A stretch of 54,562 bases of DNA, counting the filler, from Jimgerdemannia flammicorona (lineage: Eukaryota): NCBI GenBank assembly GCA_003990765.1. It is 2 parts of 2 records of this genome, joined end to end, with 100 filler letters (N's around TTAATTAATTAA, not from the genome) between each part and the next. Parts side by side here need not be neighbours in the genome. Positions count along the whole stretch, not along the records: positions 1 to 27,232 come from RBNJ01000650.1; 1 more part is not named here. One strand, written 5' to 3'. Shown one piece after another: positions 11,886-24,622 of the stretch. The number at the start of each line of letters is the position of its first letter. Position 1 is the first letter of the stretch. A program made the position numbers and the translations under genes. The notes below the pieces were generated by a model, which was given only the letters and a program-made list of their open reading frames with translations, was not told the DNA's origin and did not search any database.

Positions 11886-13299
11886 CTCTGGGACATATTC
11901 AGTTCTCCATCCCAAAAGCTGTTGTTACTGAAGCTGTTATCTACGATATGATTCTTGGCACCAACTGGATGAAGGAAATGAATGCAGTCATTGATATCGG
12001 TCAACAAGTACTCAAGTTTGACTATTGAGGCAAGAAGTACAGAGTTAAGGTGACCAGCTATGAGCAATCAAAGAAGTAGAAGAAGGTCACTATTCAGGAA
12101 GAATATGCCAGCAGTGAGGAGTCTACTACAGAAGAGAAAGAAGAATCTGAAGATGGAAATGATCCCAGACTCAATCCCCGAATCAATCTGGTGGATGACA
12201 GACCAGAAGATAATGTGTGGGCCAAGAACACTATCCCTATCACCACTGGAGCTATTGCAGGAGAAGCCAAAGGATGCCCTACCTGCCTCAAGAGACACAA
12301 GTGTCCTGAGCACTCCTCCAAGATCATGGGAACAAGGAAATCGCCTGGCACAGCCTGCCCAGAGTGCAGAAGAAAGAAGAATAAATGCAGACATATTCCA
12401 GAAATACCTGCAACCAAAGCTGCAGAAGTATAAGCAATTTGGGGTCAAGAATCATCTAAGGAAGAAGAAACTTCTGACCAAGAAGTTCCTGAACAAGAAG
12501 TACCTGAAGAAGAAGAGGTCCCTGAACTCATCCCCTGGGATGATCCTTGTTGGACACCACCTGAAGACAATGACCCTTGGAATATGGAAGAAGGACCCAG
12601 TACAATCACCATTATTCCTAAGAAAGAAACTCACCAAGAGAGGGTTTTTTGGCTAAAAAGATGTTCATATCAAATGGTCTTCCACTCTCCCAAAGACTAC
12701 TGCTATCAGTGTCATCTGTTGGACTAATAAGAAAGACAGAGACCCCAGAGACCAGAACCTCCAACTACTCTTGTACAGTCCACCATCTTTCAAGAAGTCA
12801 CCATAAGGTTACAAAGTCAATTTAGAGGACAAGGCTTCTTCACCCGAACAGAAATATACCCCTTGTCTACTCTTTCCCCAACTTATGATCAAGATGGATA
12901 CTGATTCCCAAGACAACAAGAGATAAATAGCTGGGAACATTATTTTTGGGCAATGGGATATTGCAACTATGGGAGACACCCTGACTATCAAGACTGCAGA
13001 CATCAGAAGATTCATCTCAGTCATGATGTTGCAGTGCACACTTTGAAGAAAGGAGATAACTGAAGCCAGATCTGAGAGAAGACATCCTGGCTCTCATCAG
13101 ACATGCAACCTACCAAGGATGGGCAGAAGATGCTACCAACTTCATGGAAGCCCTTGACCCTACAGGAAGAAGGGGAATCAACTACCTCCGAGACCCCTCT
13201 ACTGGAGCCAGATGGCCACACCTCAACCTTAGAGCTTGGAGGCTTTCTGCTAGTGGAGCTTCAGCCTTAGGAAAGCCTGAACTCAGCAAGGATATTGCC

Positions 13300-13705
13300 C
13301 AGTATGTCCTGCTGCACCCCAAGGCCAAACCCCTGACCAATGCCCACCCAGAGGATATAGGATATGATCTTCACAGCCTGGAGGACAAATCTATCAAGCC
13401 TGGAAAAACCTTCATGGTCAGAACTGGATTAGCCATGCAGCCACCCCAAGGAGCTTATATTCAACTGACCTCAAGGTCCAGACTTACCAGAAAAGGAATA
13501 ACTGTGGAAGGAGGAACTATTGACCCAGGATATACAGGCGAAATCAAGATTATCTTACACAACAGTAGTGCAGAATGGCACCAAATCATTAGAGGACAGA
13601 AGATTGCCCAAGCAGTCTTCATGAAGGTCAAGACCCCACAGTTACAAGAAGTCTCTGAACTAACTGAAGGAATAAGACAAGCCAAGGGATTTGGAAGTTC
13701 AGACA
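13300..13705 (+). CDS. dUTPase domain of element B, located between PR and RT
   Basis: ORF 13144-13944: DIGYDLHS, RSRLTRKG, GGTIDPGYTGEI, QKIAQAVF, RQAKGFGSS. Confidence 0.9.
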
Positions 13706-14104
13706 AGAAGGAAGTACATCTCCTTCAAGTCAACCACCTCAAGAGGAATGCTCCCCAGCAAGTGTACCACCAACCAGTCAGACTGCACAAGAACCTCATT
13801 CTGGAACCTGGAGAACAAACCACATTCGAAATCTTTGCACCACCTGACCCCAGAAACCTTTTTTTCGAGCCCAAGGAAGATATCCCACACCTGGACAATG
13901 AGGGACATACATTCCCTGACAAGATGAATCCAGTACACTCCTGAGCAACCAACCAAAGTTGGGAAACCATCATCTTGTTGAAAGGAACCATCATAGGACA
14001 TCTGGTGCCTTTTCTCAACTGAACTCATAGGGAAGGTTATGAACTAAACCTATCAGCAACAGGTCCCAGAAGAAAGGAAAGGCCCCTCTGCGACCCAGGA
14101 GACA

Positions 14105-16596
14105 GTGAAGCCTTCCACCAACATTGGAGAAAAATTGACACCTCAACAACAGCAACAACTAGTAGAACTTCTCAACAAATATCAAGATATCTTCACCACC
14201 GACTATGGCAACCTGCCATACAACCCATTATATCACCATAGCATAAATATAGGAAATGCAACACCCATTCGGCAGAAACCCTATAGAATACCCCATCATC
14301 TAAAAACATTCGAAAAAGAGCACATCCAAGAACTCTTAGACAATGGAGTCATCCGACCCTCTACCAGCCCCTGGGCTAGCCCTATACTTATTGTACCAAA
14401 GAAAGGAGGATGGAGACTCTGCATGGATTACAGGAAACTCAATTTAGTCACTGAAAAGGATGCCTATCCTCTGCCTAGAATCAATGACCTTTTGGATCAG
14501 TTACAAGATGCCAGATACTTCAGCAGCATGGACCTCTTTGCAGGATTCCATGAGATCTCCATGGACCCTAAGGACATTTAAAAAACAGCCTTCCTTGCTT
14601 TAAGAAAACTGTTTGAATACCTCTGAATACCCTTTGGACTTTGCAATGCACCCCTGACCTTCCAGAGGATGATGAATTCAGTCTATACCCCCTTGATCCA
14701 CTACTGCCTGATTGTATACATAGATGATTCCAACATCTATTCAGCAAATTTCGAAGAACACCTGCACCACCTAGAGGAATTCTTCAAGCTCACCCATAAG
14801 AACCACTTGAGATTGAATGCAAAGAAATATTACTTTGGAAAACAGAAACTCAAATTCCTTGGATTTATAGTTTCAAAAGAAGGAACTCATGCAGACCCAA
14901 AGAAAACTGAGAAGATCAACAATTGGCCAGTACTTAAGACTCCAAAAGAAACACTATCATTTCTGATGCTAGTATCCTACTACAGAAGGTTTATCAAGGA
15001 CTTTGCTCAAATCACTGCCCCAATCCAGATCCTTCTCAAGAAAGGAGTACCATTCAAATGGACAGAAACACAAGAAAAAGCCTTCAGAGAACTCAAGAAC
15101 CACATGACTATAGTACCAATCCTTGTGCGCCCCAATCTACAGAAGTCATTCATTTTATATACAGATGCTTCTAAAGATGGCCTCAGGGCAGTTCTGGCCC
15201 AAGAAGGACCCAATCAACAGTACCATATGATAGCCTATGCAAGCAGAGCTACCAATCAGCAGCAGATGAACTATGGTAGCACTAAACTGGAATGTCTTGC
15301 AGTCATATGAGTGGTCACCCTGTTCAAGTATTACCTCATCAGAAAAAGGTTCATCCTGATTATAGACCATGCAGCCCTCAAATGGTTATTCAACCACAAG
15401 GAACCCACTGGAATCCTAGCCCGCTGGATTCTTATCCTTCAGGATTACAAAATCACCATCATCCACAAAGCAGGGAAAGCCTACAACAATGTTGATGTAC
15501 TTTCCCACCAGCTCCAATGAACCAGAAGAAGGGTGTCCCAAGGAACTACACCCTAAAGGAAGCTCCTCAGACCATCGAGGCACAAGAAGATCTCATCCAT
15601 AAAGAACATCAGAAAGCCCATCAAGGACAGACAAGTACAGAAGACAAGATTCAAAAACAATACCAACATTGGCCCCACCTTAGAACACAAGTCTGAAACA
15701 TCATTCAGAAATGTGACATCTACCAGAAGTACCAAGGAAAGAAGAACTATCAAGCCCCTCTGCAACCGATTCCCCCACCCACTCATATCTTTCAAAGATG
15801 GAGAGTAGACATAATTGAACCCCTACCAGTTACACTAAGAAGAAACAAATACATCCTTATGTTTGTGGAACATCTGACCAAGTGGCCCAAGACTTTTCCA
15901 ATAGAAATCGCAGATGCCTTAATCATTGTAGGCCTTCTCCATGGACTCACACTCAGATATGGACCCCCAGAAGAACTCATCTCTGACCGAGGCATGGAAT
16001 TCATCAATAACATAATCACAAGTTATGCCCGAATTCACAAGATCCACCTCAAATGGACCACATCATACTACCCTCAGACCAATGGCATGATAGAGAGAAT
16101 GAACCAGACCATCAAGAAAGGACTTGCCCAAGTCAATTCTACCAATTGGGACCTCTGCTTACCTGAAATCCTATGGGAAATCTGGAACACCCCTGCTGCA
16201 TCAACCAAACAAAAGCCCTTCGAAATGATGTTTGCCAAGAAAACCAGAACTGCTGACCATGAGAATGTCGGAAAGCTTCTTGAAAAAGGAGATTAGCTGC
16301 AAAATGAAGCCTGAATTCAGATTATTAAAGCCCAAGAAAGACAAAAGAAGTACTATAACCAAAAACAGAAAGATCAGGAGATCAAGATTGGAGATCAAGT
16401 ACTAGTTTGGAGGAGCATGATTGAAACAAATTTTGCCACCAAATTGGAGCCCAAATAGGAAGGACCTTATCTTGTACACAATATCAGAGGAATTAGCATC
16501 TATTTAAGAAACATGAATGGATGAATCCTCAGAACACCAGTATACATCAATCGCCTCAAGATATACCTTTCCCCACATCATGAATCAGAGAGTTGA
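14105..16596 (+). pseudogene. RT-RNase H-integrase of element B (stops and frameshifts)
   Basis: ORFs 14105-14581, 14669-15310, 15311-15520 and 15859-16296 carry canonical Ty3 motifs; GPY and RLKIY tail ending in TGA at 16594-16596. Confidence 0.92.
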
Positions 16597-17095
16597 CAAC
16601 TGCCTTCAAACTCTTGTTCTCAGCTCATTTCAATCACTGCTAGTTTCCCTATCCCAATTCTGAGAAATCAATAGGAACACTCTCCAAAAGATCCAGATTC
16701 ATCAAGAGAATCTTGTCCTGGCCAGACAGTTGCTATAGGTCCACCAACTCCAGGCCCATTATGCAATTGGAGAACAATTGCAGAACCTCCTAGTCCCAGA
16801 ACAAACATATATCAGAAATACCACAGGACTATCAAGAAGAAATGCCACTGCTGCAGACAGGCTGTACACTCTTTATAAGCAAAACCCTGCAGCCCTGATG
16901 CAAGCATAATTCTCCTGGCATGATGCACAAGAAATGAATCTAGCCACCTACCTGAGTATCATCAATGTTGTCGAAATCCTATTCCCAGAAGAAGAAGAAG
17001 AACCCTTGGAATAGAGCAACCATGGTATAGATGATAAAGATGATGGAACAGGTATTGATGCAGAAGATGCTTATCCACACTGAGATGATGACTAA
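16580..17095 (+). pseudogene. ORF3 of element B (env position): uncharacterised protein of about 171 aa with acidic tail
   Basis: Hand translation from ATG 16580, overlapping the IN stop, to TAA 17093-17095; no frameshift; five internal stops all explicable as C>T from CGA/CAG/CAA; core HQLQAHYAIGEQL...TGLSRRNATAADRLYTLYKQNP. Confidence 0.72.
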
Positions 17096-17135
17096 AGGAC
17101 AGTCTGAGGACAGACCATCCTTTAGTGGGGGCTGA

Positions 17136-18542
17136 TGTGACAAACCAAGATGTACCATCCAAATTATACCTTAGCTAGATAATGTGAATAATTAGCTAGA
17201 TGATGTGAACACACAGCATAGTAACCAGTAACCATTGCTGTGGAAACTGTATAAATAGCCAGACTACTAGATAGAGTACATCTGTATAGGACCTGCACAC
17301 CTGAACAGGACCTGTACACCTGTACCGGACCTGCACAACTTGCCATAAGTAGCAAATCTATAGTTAGCCATATAGCAACCAGATAGCAACCATAATGTAT
17401 AAATTACCCCAGAGACAAGAGTGAATAAACCTCAGTCCGAAAAGTTGAATACAAACCAAAGCAAAAGTCAATTGTCTGGTATACTTAGGAGAAATATCTG
17501 CCAAAAGCCACTTGATCTAGGAAGGATTGCAACACTTAGGAGATACGCCTGCCAATGAGCCACTGCCAAGAAGTTGTGAGCTTGGTCCTCTTCTCTTCCA
17601 CTCTGGTCCACTTTCCAATATAAAGAATAAGTCCATTTTTGGTTCACTTGCCAGATAAGTCTGAAGATTTGCTGCCCAAGTTCAAGGAAGAACTTTGCTG
17701 CTGTTTTCCAGTTGAAGCCAATGCAGAAGAATCCGCACTATAGTATTCTCAGTTGAAGCCACCAATTTAGAAGAATCTGTGCCATCTGAGTTATTTCCCA
17801 GAAGCCCGCCGATTCAGGAAGAATCTGCATCATCTACTGTTTTTAAGTTATCTGCCACATTCCCAGAAGAACCCTGCCGATTCAGGAAGAATCCATATCA
17901 TCTGAGTTACCTGAGTTATCTGAGTTATTGAATTATCTACCTCCTATGACATCCAAGTTATCTGAGTTATCCAAGTTATCTGAGTTATCTACCACTAAGT
18001 CATTCGTCTATTCCCAGTAAGCCTGAGAAGAATCCGCCCCAGTATAATTCCCAGTAAGCTGCCATTTCAGGGAAGCCATGCCAAATTAAGCCATCCATCA
18101 GAAATCACATACTTTTGGAAACCTGTTGTACTATACAGGGATCGTCATGCTATACAAGATTGTCACACAGAAATCGCATAAGGAGAACTACTAAATTGCC
18201 AGACCATCATGCATAAGGAGATCATTGCACTATGCAAAGAAATCACCTGCTACTCAAGAAGGAAACCACTCGTGCTACACACAAAATTCTACCAATTCCC
18301 AGTTGACCCAAGAAGGAAACTCATACACAAATTGCTGCTACACCCAGAGATCTGTTCCAATTAGGAAATTGACATACAAATCACTCGCAGATATCCAGCT
18401 TTAACTATTATACCACTAAACACCAAGGACCTCAGGAATCTTAGAACATTTTGTTGCTTTTTGACAAAGTAACTGAGAGCTCAAGCCAAACTACATCAAC
18501 TTCCAACCTTGTAATTTACCTTCATTGAGCCGGCACATTACA
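17136..18542 (+). repeat. 3' LTR of element B (about 1.4 kb)
   Basis: Begins TGTGAC directly after the PPT and ends ...CATTACA where copia sequence starts; TATAAATAG near 17250, AATAAA near 17424; internal short tandem repeats (atctgagtt, cctgtacac). Confidence 0.75.
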
Positions 18543-20641
18543 ATACTCAAAAAAAGAGAAATATTGAGATACATCTCTATAGAAATATTATAGAACTTAT
18601 CAGTATCTTTCAAGATATACTATATACTTCAGAAATTGGTAAAAATATCTTTTCAATAGAAAAAATGATATTCTGTAATAACAAAGAGATATATATTTAT
18701 GTAAAGAATATAATAGTATAATAATAAGATGATGATAGCTTGAAATATAGCAATCTTTATATGATCAATAAAATGCTGAATAGTGTAAAACTCTCTATAT
18801 ATATATATAATAACTATTTGATGTATCCAATATGTGGCATTAATACTTAGGATATATTGGCAAATTAAGCCTCAGAAGAATAATCCAAAGTAGCTCAGTA
18901 AATGGACTACTGACATATATATCTAAAGGATGATTTTTACAAGACATCCTGACAACTATTCAAAGAATAATTAAAATACACCTCAGGTTCTGGATCTCAT
19001 TCACACTAATATATATAGTCCTATATATATACCATTATACTTTGGAAAGAAGAATTTTATTATATTTATTGATAATTATATATATAAAACATATGTATAT
19101 TTTCTATCAGCAAAGAGCAAAGTCTTGGAAAAATTCAAAGAATTCAAAGCAATTACTAAGAACAAAACAAGATGTAGAGTATATACTATATAATCAGATA
19201 ACAGATAAAATATGCAATGATATATTCAGATAGTTTCTGAGAAAATATAACATATCTTATTAAATGACAGCTTTCTATATACCTCAGCAAAATGGTATAG
19301 CTAAGTGATTTAACTGTATGATTATTGAAATAGCTTGAATGATGATTAATGTAGCCAGATTATCATATTTTTATTAGGCTCAAACTATTAATATAATAGC
19401 ATATATACATAATTGATATATATCTTAACTACTAAGTAAGAGTTCTAGTAATAACAACAAGTATTCTAGAGATGATAATCTTACCCTTGAAAAATTATAG
19501 AGCAGCTCCAAATTAGATGTATCTCATCTATGAACATTCAGATGTGACATATATATTTCCAACAAAAGTAATATCAATTAACACAAATTCAAGCTAAAAG
19601 TCAACAAGCATATATATATTTCTTGGGTATTCCAGTAAGACATATAGACTCTGGAATCTACACAAGCAGCATGTAGTTATTTAAGATAATATAATTCAGA
19701 GAAAAAGGAAGTCAAGAATCCCATATAGATATACTAATCAAGATCTCTATGTTCTAGTTAGTACAAATATAGCAATTAAAGAAACTAGTATCAACCTCTC
19801 TAGCAGTTAATCAAAATTATTTTCAACTGCTATATATATCTGAACTAGAATTATCTGAGCTAAGAATAATAGAGATCAAAGATAAAGATAATGACAATAT
19901 CTCTAGTAATAAGGAATTTTTTATGAAGGGTAAATAAATATAAAAATACTCCAACATTCATCAAGAAACTTATTCTAATTTAGGAAGTTATTGAGATATA
20001 TCAGCAAGCTCTAGATAGTAATAACAGAACTATGTAAACTATGCTAAAGTATATAAATATATATATATCATAACTTCTAGTGAGCCAAATATATATAATA
20101 AATTCATGCATTTCCTGAATAGCAAAAAATAAAAATAGATAATAGATGAGGAATATGATTTACTTATTAAGAATAGCATATGTGATCTTGTACCCCTTCC
20201 ACCAAATTACCAAATAATTAAATCCAAGTGGGTCTATAGAATAAAGTGTAATATCAATGAAAGTGTAGAGTGATATAAAGCTCATTTTGTTGCTAAGAGA
20301 TACTTATAGAATTATATTATAGACTATGATAAGACATTTTTGCTAGTATTTAAACTTACTTTGCTTAGAATACTCCTTATAATTAATATGCTATATAATC
20401 TGAAATTCCATTAAATAGATATCAAAACAGCATTCCTGAATAATGATATAGATACTAAACTATATATCTACCAACCATAAGAATATAATCTCTATGATAA
20501 TGATAAGAATGAGCTCATATGTAAATTATATAAAAGATTATATTGCATTAAACAAGTAGTACAATTATAGAATAAAAGGATTGATAAATATCTCCTTAAT
20601 GATGAATTCACATATTGTAAAGTAGATAATTACATATATAT

Positions 20642-22269
20642 TATAATGGTGATCCCAGAATGATGACATCAGCACAGGAGACAGCCTTTCCTTACAAGCT
20701 ACCAGATCAGAGTACAAGAAGATTATATGGCATATGAGATGAGTGATGATGACCAACTGTAAGTCATTGTAACTACAGTTCAGATATCTTGAGGAATATA
20801 AAAGAAGGATCAAGAAACTGCAGTAGCAGCAACCAACAAGACCCACTAATCTCAAAATAGCTCAAAGACTTACTACAAATGAAATGCCTGCCACTCACCA
20901 AACCTCAAGATCAAGGAACCACTAAGGTACCTCAGTGAAGAAAGGATGTTTCAAGACATCAGAAGAGCCATGAGGACCCACTCAAGAAGGACTTCTAATG
21001 TCAACCTAAGTACTGGTGACCCTTATTACTATATCCTCGACCACTGTAAAATGGAAACAAGGATCACTATTGCTACCAAATGCCTCCAAATATGGCAGGA
21101 GTAAGAAATAGGAAACCTCCTCTACCAGGAGTTCTCACAGGCCAGCACTCAAGAGCTATAAGATGTCACTCTTATGGATATATATGAAACAAGGACAGCT
21201 GAGAAGATCTATCAGATCTTCAGACATACACCATGGTTAATCCCCAACTTAGAGTATGTTAAAGTCTCAGATTTCAGAAACCTATCAGCCTGCTGTATTG
21301 ATGCACTAGAAGTCAGAGTGGCTACAGAAGCCCAGTCCACTATTACTCTCAATAGTGATGAAGTAGAAGACTTCTGGCACCCCATCCTCTAGGACAACCC
21401 AGACCAATTCCTGCAAGGATTGATCTCAGTATTCCAAGGCCCAAGCATCCAGGTTAGACCTCTCTAAGATCTCACATTTGTTCCCTATTTTGTAGAAGAG
21501 AACCTCATAGACTAGAGAGCCCCAGACCTCCTTCCCACCACCACCGAATGTGATGACATCATTGGCAATGACATCATTCCATGTGATATATATGAGATAT
21601 ACAACATGCACAAAGTATGCAAAATACGTGACCTATGCAACAACAATGATGAGACAGATGAGACATTTGCAGACCTCATCTCCTTTGAAGACATCCTGAC
21701 CTCTGATGAGGATGAAGCCCTTATGGTCTTGAACATTCTGCTCTGAAATTCTTTAGTGACATCAAATAATGCCAGCACTGGCATTCTGATGTGATACCAA
21801 ATAATACCAGTACTGGTATTCTGAGGTAATACTGAATTATTCCAGCACCATTTTCCTGTACTACCAAAATTATACTAGTATTTTGAACCTATACAACCAT
21901 CAGTACCAATCCTGGAACTTAGCAGTTTTTCCTGTTCTGGCATTTTATTTTAGTTATTGGAATTTATATTTAGCTTTATATCTTAGCAACCATTGAATTA
22001 TATTTTATATAAATACCCCTCTTATTTCCTCTGAAATAAAGTCAGTCAAGTTTCAGTCAAGTTCACTTACACACACTTCCTTACAAGCAATCTAAGAGAT
22101 AACAAGATAGTTAAAGATAAGAAGTTTAAGGACTATAAGACCTTGGAAAGGCACTCTAATAAGAGCTTGCTTATAACAAACTTGAGTTAGTCTAAGAGAT
22201 ATACCTTGAAGAGAATCTGGCATATTTGAAGGACTCAGTGATCACTACATGACAATATCTAATATTATA
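20642..22269 (+). mobile_element. Solo-LTR-like element C (about 1.6 kb) inserted in copia RT
   Basis: Splits copia RT between D..IY and WVDD; TATAAT...ATTATA ends (decayed TGTAA...TTACA); TATAAATACCCC near 22008 followed by AATAAA near 22035, the same layout as LTR A; exact ends and TSD ambiguous. Confidence 0.65.
20946..21746 (+). pseudogene. Accessory ORF inside element C, homologous to the LTR-A ORF and to B ORF3
   Basis: One frame with C>T-type stops: MFQDIRRAM...PYYYILDH...LQIWQE*EIGNLL...DVTLMDIYETRTAEKIYQIFRHTPWLIPNL..., followed by an acidic tail; true start may lie further upstream. Confidence 0.7.
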
Positions 22270-22689
22270 ATAATAGCATAGTATTCATCAGTATTTGAGT
22301 TGATGATATAATTATTATTACTAGCAAGAATAGACTTAATAGAGTTAAAGAAGCCCTATACTAAGAATTTAAGATGATAGATATAGGTGATACATCCTTT
22401 CTTTTGGGGATATTTATTATATATGATAGAAATATACTCACTATATATCTTTTGCAAGTGACATATACTCAAACAATTCTCAAACATTTTAAAATAAATG
22501 AATGTAAGCTCATTGTTACTTCTATAAATACTTCTATGAAGTTAAGGAAGCCAGATACTACTCCTGAGAATAATAACAATATACTAGTCAAAAATAGACT
22601 CAAAGATATATATATCTTATTAATAAGTAATTAGTTCTCTTATATATCTCATGCTATAAATGATGTCTAATATATTATATATTATAAAT

Positions 22690-23942
22690 AAGATAATATA
22701 GTATTCTTTCTACTATGATAATTTATATTAGAGTATTATCAAAAGAATCATATTCCTTTCTCTACTACCTTATCAGTTACAATGGTTTGGTAGGCAATCT
22801 TTTGAGTCCACTTTCCACAATTATTATCCCCTCTACCTTGGATTGGTTTGCTGTACCTATTGTAGGGCAGTGGGAGGGAGGCAATGGTGATAAGTTGCTC
22901 TTTTATCAGTGTCCAATCAGTGTCTTCTCTACTTTTTCACAGATTCTGGTACCTTTGGCTATATCTGAAGTACATCTATTTTGGTGCAGCACCTTCTTCC
23001 TTTTATCATCACCAACAAGGTACTGTTTTGGTATATTATGAGTTATGTAGAGAGTTGGCTAACCTTAGGCATCAAGTATCTAGTATAGGTTACCTGCAGG
23101 TCCTCAGTATCTATAGTGAGGTTCTCTGGTTTTAGCGAGCTTCCTGGCAAGTGCAGTTCTAGTGTAGGTGACTGTTCTTCAGGTGTTATCAAGATGGAAG
23201 AGGAGATGGCCATCACAGATAAGAGGAAGGGTGATTACAGTAAACCAGTAGGATGCCAGGCTGGAGGCAGTTGTCAGAGCTGGGGTAAGTACTGCTTCAG
23301 TGGGGCCTTTTGATTGATGTAGAGTGATTAAGTGGTAGGTATCACTCTTGGCTTTTTTTGGCAATTCAGTGGATTGGATCCCAGTTGTTGGGGGGGATTG
23401 GAGGCCTAAGGCTACTTATTTCAGGCATCTTGGCTATACTCAACTGGAACTAGGAGCTGATATAGCAATGTGATCAAGGCCTGTAGACTTGAGTATTGGG
23501 GTATTGGAGGTCTCCTCCTATCTCACATATAAGTTCTTTACTCATCTTGACTGGGAGGACTAGGCCCTATCTACTATAATGTACTTTGATGAGAGTTTTT
23601 CTTTATCTGTTATTCTCTTTAGGGTGGCAGAGGCTGTTCTATTTAGCTTGGACATGGCCTTATATATATGATGGGGTCTTGGACATATGCTTTCAGTTAT
23701 TGGTGTATGGCTGGATTCCCCCTGATAGTAGGAAGAGTATGGTATATAGAATGAGGTACAGGCTACTATAGGTCCTGCTATACTGGGTATAGTTGAGCTG
23801 CTAGATAATAGCTAGTCTAGGTTAATGGGGGAGTAGTACTTGATGGGTGGTAGGGGAGGGTTTTGGCCTATATAGTCTAGGTTCTCTTTTAATAAAAATC
23901 CACAGGACTTTAAGTTTGTTAAAAAAAAAAAAAAAAAAAAAA
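22690..23942 (+). mobile_element. Unidentified poly(A)-tailed insertion in the copia relic (non-LTR-like 3' end)
   Basis: AATAAA near 23891 and A-run 23921-23942; last about 100 bp similar to 29660-29760; copia frame resumes right after; body not identifiable. Confidence 0.5.
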
Positions 23943-24550
23943 CTATTAAAAGAATATTCAAATATCTTAAGGGTATGGTATACTATATACTCATATTGGG
24001 TGGTAATATCAGATAAAGCAAGAGCAATAATAAGAAAAATATCATTCAGCTATTTAGTATATATGATACTGATTAAGTAAATAATCTTAACAACTACTGA
24101 TATATAACTAGATCTCTCTTCCACATTAGTGAAAGGTCATCATTTTATAGCAAATATGCAAGTAGAGTTTTATAGTAATATCTTCAATATAGATAGAGTA
24201 TTAGGTATTGTCAATGATAATAAAAGAAACTATATAGCTTTATAAACTATTAAAAAAGCTTAGCTTTACTCAAAAGAACTTTATATTGATCAAGCAAGAT
24301 AATTAATTGATAATAGTATATACTAAGAATCCAGTATATCATAGTAGAATGAAACATATTGATATATAATATTATTTTATATAGAAATATATAGAAAATA
24401 GTACTATATACTTAGAATATATATCACTTATAAAAGCTCTTCTAAGGCCAAAGTTTGAGCAATGCATTAAAGAAATAGAACTTTTTTGAATATTACAGAA
24501 TAATGTACTCTCTATACTAGTGTTTTAGCAAAGTTTAGTAGTTAATTATG

Positions 24551-24554
<4 letters not shown>

Positions 24555-24622
<68 letters not shown>

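Larger units (their letters stand above)
960..12060 (+). pseudogene. Element B aspartic protease, split by insertion of element A (pieces about 960-1155 and 11886-12060)
   Basis: Removing 1156-11885 and one TSD copy restores one frame: ILRDTGAAVCVI...EVRNITISL|GHIQFSIPKAVVTEAVIYDMILGTNWMKEM (DTG catalytic motif plus ILG motif). Confidence 0.9.
27..18542 (+). mobile_element. Ty3/gypsy LTR retrotransposon B (5' part outside window), interrupted by element A at 1156-11885; order gag(CCHC)-PR-Cys-rich spacer-dUTPase-RT-RH-IN-ORF3-PPT-3'LTR
   Basis: CCHC knuckle CFYCGQFGHYVTE(Y) at 317-358; protease ILRDTGAAVCVI; RT WASPILIVPKK/DYRKLN/YIDD; RNase H YTDAS; integrase ISDRGMEF...YPQTNGMIERMN; PPT tttagtgggggctga before TGTGAC at 17136. 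Confidence 0.93.
18543..24540 (+). mobile_element. Heavily AT-decayed Ty1/copia relic (GAG-pre-integrase, IN, RT, RNase H), interrupted twice
   Basis: WH..LG.IG (about 18835); DLIHT.I..P (about 18995); PQQNG.A..FN (about 19285); DLVPLPP..IKSKWVYRIK..YKA.FVAK (20180-20300); DIKTAFLN (about 20420); I*VDDII (about 22295); IKRIFKYLKG (about 23945); KHIDI.Y.FI (about 24350). Confidence 0.88.

Noticed and set aside
12060..12656. 198-aa Lys-rich ORF
   Set aside because: Alternative frame of B pol; the frame continuous with the protease is the 12191 frame
22700..23750. Possible coding relic in the poly(A)-tailed insert
   Set aside because: No recognisable motif in the frames I translated; too decayed to call
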